Below are positions 60,521 through 64,000 of a DNA stretch of 64,000 nucleotides, in pieces (position 1 is the stretch's first letter; each line of letters opens with the position of its first letter). The stretch covers positions 32,001-96,000 of the forward strand of contig JBBCKI010000002.1 of the NCBI GenBank assembly GCA_037190965.1. Direction: 5' to 3'. The translations under genes were made by a program, and so were the position numbers. A model generated the notes under the pieces. The model was not told the DNA's origin and made no database searches. It saw nothing but the letters and a program-made list of their open reading frames with translations. The DNA is from Chthoniobacteraceae bacterium (GTDB taxonomy: Bacteria; Verrucomicrobiota; Verrucomicrobiia; Chthoniobacterales; Chthoniobacteraceae).

Positions 60521-61899
60521 CCCTCCTCTATCTTTCCTTGGCGGGCTCCATTACGACGCTCTTCGTCATTGCGCTGGATCGTTTGCTATCCCGCTCCATG
60601 AGCACCCGCTGGCGACGGGCATGGTGGATCTTCCTTCCTCTCTTCTTTCTTCACCCTCCCATCCAGCTGGCGGTAATCCCTGCCCCCTCCCTGAACGGAA
60701 AGTCTCCGGCCACCGTCAAAGCCGAGAAGATCGACTTTCCTCAAAACACAGAATCCCTACCCGAGACAACACTCACTGCGTGGGAACCACTGCTGTCGTT
60801 CACCCTATGGACAGGATGGGCTCTGGGAGCAATAGGCACCCTGATCGTCGTCATGGTTCAAACCCACCGCGCCGCGCGCCGCTGGGCGACCGAGCCGCTT
60901 TGCATCGATTCGGATCTGCTCGGACTGCTTGAAGATTGCAAAGCGAAGGCGGGCGTCACCGCACCCATCGGCCTCGTCCTCTCAGACCATGTCGCCTCCC
61001 CCGCTCTCCTCGGCTGGCTTCGCCCGCGCATCCTCATCCCAGCCTCGCTCGCAAAAACGCTCCCGCATCGGCAACTCCGTGCCATCCTCCTGCATGAGCT
61101 GGCGCACTTCCGCCACTTCGATATTCCTGCCGGATGGTTATTCAACCTCGTGCGGGCGGTTCACTGGTTTAATCCCTTCGCTCACCTTGCCGCGCACGCC
61201 TGGGCTCGCTTCCGGGAGGAAGCCGCGGACGAAACGGCCATTCAATGGATGCAGTCTGAGGCGGATGACGCCCAAACCTATCAAGAAGCCCTGCTTTCTG
61301 CCCTTAGAGACGCCAACAAACCCTCGCCCTCGGTCCCGGTCGGCGCACTAGCCATCGGAGAATCCATCGCCGCCATCAAACAACGATTCATTATGATCCA
61401 AAACCACCCAAATCGATCCATGCGCCCCGCACTCGGCATTGCAATCGCCCTGCTTCTTCTGACTCCGATTTTCTTTAGGCCCGTCTATGCCGAGGATAAA
61501 GCCCCAAAGAAGGAAATCTCAGCAAATGACGCCGCCAAAGCCGAGGCGGTCAAAGCGATGACCTCATGGCTCAACACCATCGACGAAGGAGACTATCCAA
61601 AGAGCTGGAAGAACGCCTCCAAATTCTTCAGAACCGCCGTCACCGAAGAACAGTGGATCGCCGCCTGCAAGAGCGTGCGCGGTCCTCTGGGAAAACTGAT
61701 TGAAAGGGAACTCGTCTCTGCACTGTACCAGACCGAGATTCCCCTCCCCGATGGAACCCTCAAGAAAGCCAAGGTCGTCATCGCTCAGTTCGACGCCTCC
61801 TACGAGAATCTCGATTCCGCCCGCGAAACCGTCACCTTCGAGCAAGAGGAAGACGGCTCCTGGAGAGCCTCGGGCTACTACGTGAAACCTAAACTTTAG
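60517..61899 (+). CDS. BlaR1/M56 family metallopeptidase with C-terminal DUF4019-like domain
   Basis: LLHELAH, HWFNPF, REEAAD; C-terminal WLNTIDEGDY...RGPLG...ETVTF...DGSWRASGY. Confidence 0.85.
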   Translation: MTLLYLSLAGSITTLFVIALDRLLSRSMSTRWRRAWWIFLPLFFLHPPIQLAVIPAPSLNGKSPATVKAEKIDFPQNTESLPETTLTAWEPLLSFTLWTGWALGAIGTLIVVMVQTHRAARRWATEPLCIDSDLLGLLEDCKAKAGVTAPIGLVLSDHVASPALLGWLRPRILIPASLAKTLPHRQLRAILLHELAHFRHFDIPAGWLFNLVRAVHWFNPFAHLAAHAWARFREEAADETAIQWMQSEADDAQTYQEALLSALRDANKPSPSVPVGALAIGESIAAIKQRFIMIQNHPNRSMRPALGIAIALLLLTPIFFRPVYAEDKAPKKEISANDAAKAEAVKAMTSWLNTIDEGDYPKSWKNASKFFRTAVTEEQWIAACKSVRGPLGKLIERELVSALYQTEIPLPDGTLKKAKVVIAQFDASYENLDSARETVTFEQEEDGSWRASGYYVKPKL

Positions 61900-63172
61900 A
61901 GCGTTTCCGTCCGTTTCCGTTACCGTTCTCTCCCCGCATTCCCACCGTCTTGAGCGCCGCGCCGGTCCCCGACGGAACACTGGCGGCGCGGCCTCCCGAT
62001 TTCACCTTTCCCAGCGACACCAGTTTCCCCGAGCTATTGCCGTTCTTCCCGTTCCCCCGCTTCACTCCGGCCGCTTCCGCAATATGATTAAACAGGGTCA
62101 AGGCCTGCGCGACCACCTGATCCATGTTGTAGTACCGATAAGTCGCGAGCCTTCCGGCAAAATGAACGCCCGGCGTCGCGTGCGCGAGCTCCTGATAACG
62201 TCGATATAGCTCCGCATTCTTCGGCTGCGGCACGGGATAATAGGGATCGCCCTCAGCTTGTGGAAACTCGTAAACGATGCTGGTCTTCGCGTGTTTCTGG
62301 CCGGTCAGGTATTTGAATTCGGTGATCCGCGTGAAGAGATGCTCATTCGGGTAGTTGACCACGGGAGCAGCTTGAAAGAACTCCACATCGTGCGTCTCAT
62401 GCCGGAACTCCAGACAGCGATAGGGTAGCTTTCCGAACCGGAAATCGAAGAACTCATCCACCGGCCCCGTGAAGATCATCTCCCCATACGGGATTGCGTC
62501 CACAATCTCCCGGTAGTCGGTGTTGAGAAGCAGTTTGATGTTGGGATGGTCGAGCATGTTCTCGAACATCCGCGTATAGCCCAGCTTCGGCATCGCCTGG
62601 TAGGCGTCGGTGAAATAGCGATCGTCGCGATTGGAACGCGTCGGCACACGGGCCGTGACCTGGGCGTCGAGCTCGGAGGGGTCGAGCCCCCACTGCTTGC
62701 GTGTGTAACCCCGGAAGAACTTGTTATAGAGTTCACGCCCCACTTTGCTGACGACAACATCCTCGGAGGTGCGGATCACGCTCTTGCTTTCCGCCACGGA
62801 TTTGAAGAAATCCTCCACCTGCCGTGCGTTGAGGTTCAACCCATAGAGCATATTGATCGTGTCTAGGTTGATCGGAATCGGCACAAGTCGTCCGTCGACG
62901 CTGGCCCGCACACGATGTTCATAGTTGCGCCACTCCGTGAACTGCCCGAGGTACTCGAAGACCTCCCGCGAGGCGGTGTGGAAGATATGCGGCCCGTATT
63001 TATGCACGAGCAGGCCGTCTCCATTGTAAAAATCGTAAGCGTTCCCGGCGATATGATTGCGCCTGTCGACGATGAGCACCCGCTTCCCCAATCCACGCGC
63101 GAGCCGCTCCGCGAGCACGCTTCCGGCGTAGCCCGCACCGACGATCAGATAGTCGAAGAGCGGCGTTTTCAT
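61889..63172 (-). CDS. glf: UDP-galactopyranose mutase
   Basis: GAGYAG, HKYGPHIFH, YTRKQWG, EGDPYYP, GRLATYRYYNMDQ. Confidence 0.95.
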   Translation of the reverse strand: MKTPLFDYLIVGAGYAGSVLAERLARGLGKRVLIVDRRNHIAGNAYDFYNGDGLLVHKYGPHIFHTASREVFEYLGQFTEWRNYEHRVRASVDGRLVPIPINLDTINMLYGLNLNARQVEDFFKSVAESKSVIRTSEDVVVSKVGRELYNKFFRGYTRKQWGLDPSELDAQVTARVPTRSNRDDRYFTDAYQAMPKLGYTRMFENMLDHPNIKLLLNTDYREIVDAIPYGEMIFTGPVDEFFDFRFGKLPYRCLEFRHETHDVEFFQAAPVVNYPNEHLFTRITEFKYLTGQKHAKTSIVYEFPQAEGDPYYPVPQPKNAELYRRYQELAHATPGVHFAGRLATYRYYNMDQVVAQALTLFNHIAEAAGVKRGNGKNGNSSGKLVSLGKVKSGGRAASVPSGTGAALKTVGMRGENGNGNGRKRSKV

Positions 63173-64000
63173 GCAGCGACCGTTTTCTTTGCGGCAAGAG
63201 CCTCGAGAATATGCGCTTCGAGCTTGGCCACAATCGCCTCCCAGGAATTCCGCCGCGCCAGCTCGATACCCCGCTCGATCGCGGGACGATTCGGTGCCTC
63301 CAGCGCGCGGCGGCAGGACTCCACAAACTCGTCGTGCGAACGGGCAATCGTCGCAACGTGACTGAATTGCGACACCACATCCTCAACGGCGGAAGATATC
63401 ACCGGCCTTCCGGTCGCCATATACTCAAGCGCCTTGGTCGGGTTAATGTATTCCGTGGCCTCATTGAGCGCGAACGGCATCAGGCAGACATCGAAACGCT
63501 TTGCATAGGCGGGCAACTGGCTGTAGTCCCTCCCGCCCAGCCAATGAATGTTGGGGCGTTGCGGCAAAGTAGCTTCATCCACCTTCGTCCTCGGGCCGAC
63601 GATGACCAGATGCCACGTCGGGTCTGCGTCGGCAAGGGCGGCAATCAGTTCATAGTCCATCCGTTCGTCCACGACGCCGAAGAAGCCCAGCACCGGGCCC
63701 TGCAGCGCGGCGATATCCGCGGGGATCTCCGTGGCCTCGTCGCGCGCTTTTGCAAAGTGCCGCACATCGACGCCGCACCCGAAGGCGTGGCAGTTGGAGT
63801 GATGCACCGACTTGGCTCGATGGATCTTGGGCCCGCCCGCGAAGACAACATCGGCCAACGCAAGCAGTTCCCGCTCCCGCCGCACCAGTTCAGGCGGCGC
63901 CCCGCGAAATTGGGAGAGCTGATCCATGCAATCATAAACGATCACGGCTTCGTTCATTCTCCCCGCAAACGCCTTTACGGCCATCGGATCGTAGAACCAT
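63169..64000 (-). CDS. Glycosyltransferase (GT4-like), 5' end outside the window
   Basis: VYDCMDQLSQF, GFFGVVDERMD, PFALNEATEYINPTKALEY. The frame is open to the window edge. Confidence 0.88.
   Translation of the reverse strand, partial: WFYDPMAVKAFAGRMNEAVIVYDCMDQLSQFRGAPPELVRRERELLALADVVFAGGPKIHRAKSVHHSNCHAFGCGVDVRHFAKARDEATEIPADIAALQGPVLGFFGVVDERMDYELIAALADADPTWHLVIVGPRTKVDEATLPQRPNIHWLGGRDYSQLPAYAKRFDVCLMPFALNEATEYINPTKALEYMATGRPVISSAVEDVVSQFSHVATIARSHDEFVESCRRALEAPNRPAIERGIELARRNSWEAIVAKLEAHILEALAAKKTVAA

Noticed and set aside
61889..62075. GNGKNGN/GNGNG low-complexity tail of Glf with short CCGTT repeats
   Set aside because: Simple coding low-complexity sequence overlapping a convergent stop; no sign of a mobile element.

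Overview
GC-rich bacterial chromosome segment, most likely from a Verrucomicrobiota (Chthoniobacterales/Spartobacteria-like) organism. This is inferred from PEP-CTERM proteins, an H-X9-DG prepilin-type protein, mcsA/mcsB and Pup-proteasome-like genes. About 52 CDSs are supported. Housekeeping genes: mcsB (partial), mcsA, ilvE, trmL, rlmN, PBP1A, phosphoglucomutase, lnt, hrpA, prfC, dnaG-rpoD, gltX, hisC, glf. Accessory modules: (i) an ARC/Mpa-like ATPase plus Dop-like gene pair with no adjacent Pup/UBact or 20S proteasome genes; (ii) two BlaI/BlaR1(M56) pairs with visible operators, one receptor carrying a secretin-like C-terminal domain; (iii) a 10-kb AraC-linked cassette (FAD oxidoreductase, prepilin H-X9-DG protein, PEP-CTERM protein, DUF4838 hydrolase-like protein, large unknown protein) whose two promoters share a 40-bp AraC-type operator; (iv) an SDR / LarA-family epimerase / gluconokinase sugar-acid operon. 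Non-coding DNA holds several REP/MITE-like palindromic elements, and many genes have a -10 box 6-8 nt before the start codon (leaderless pattern). I saw no rRNA, tRNA, CRISPR array or transposase. All functional calls come from motif recognition by eye; no searches were run.
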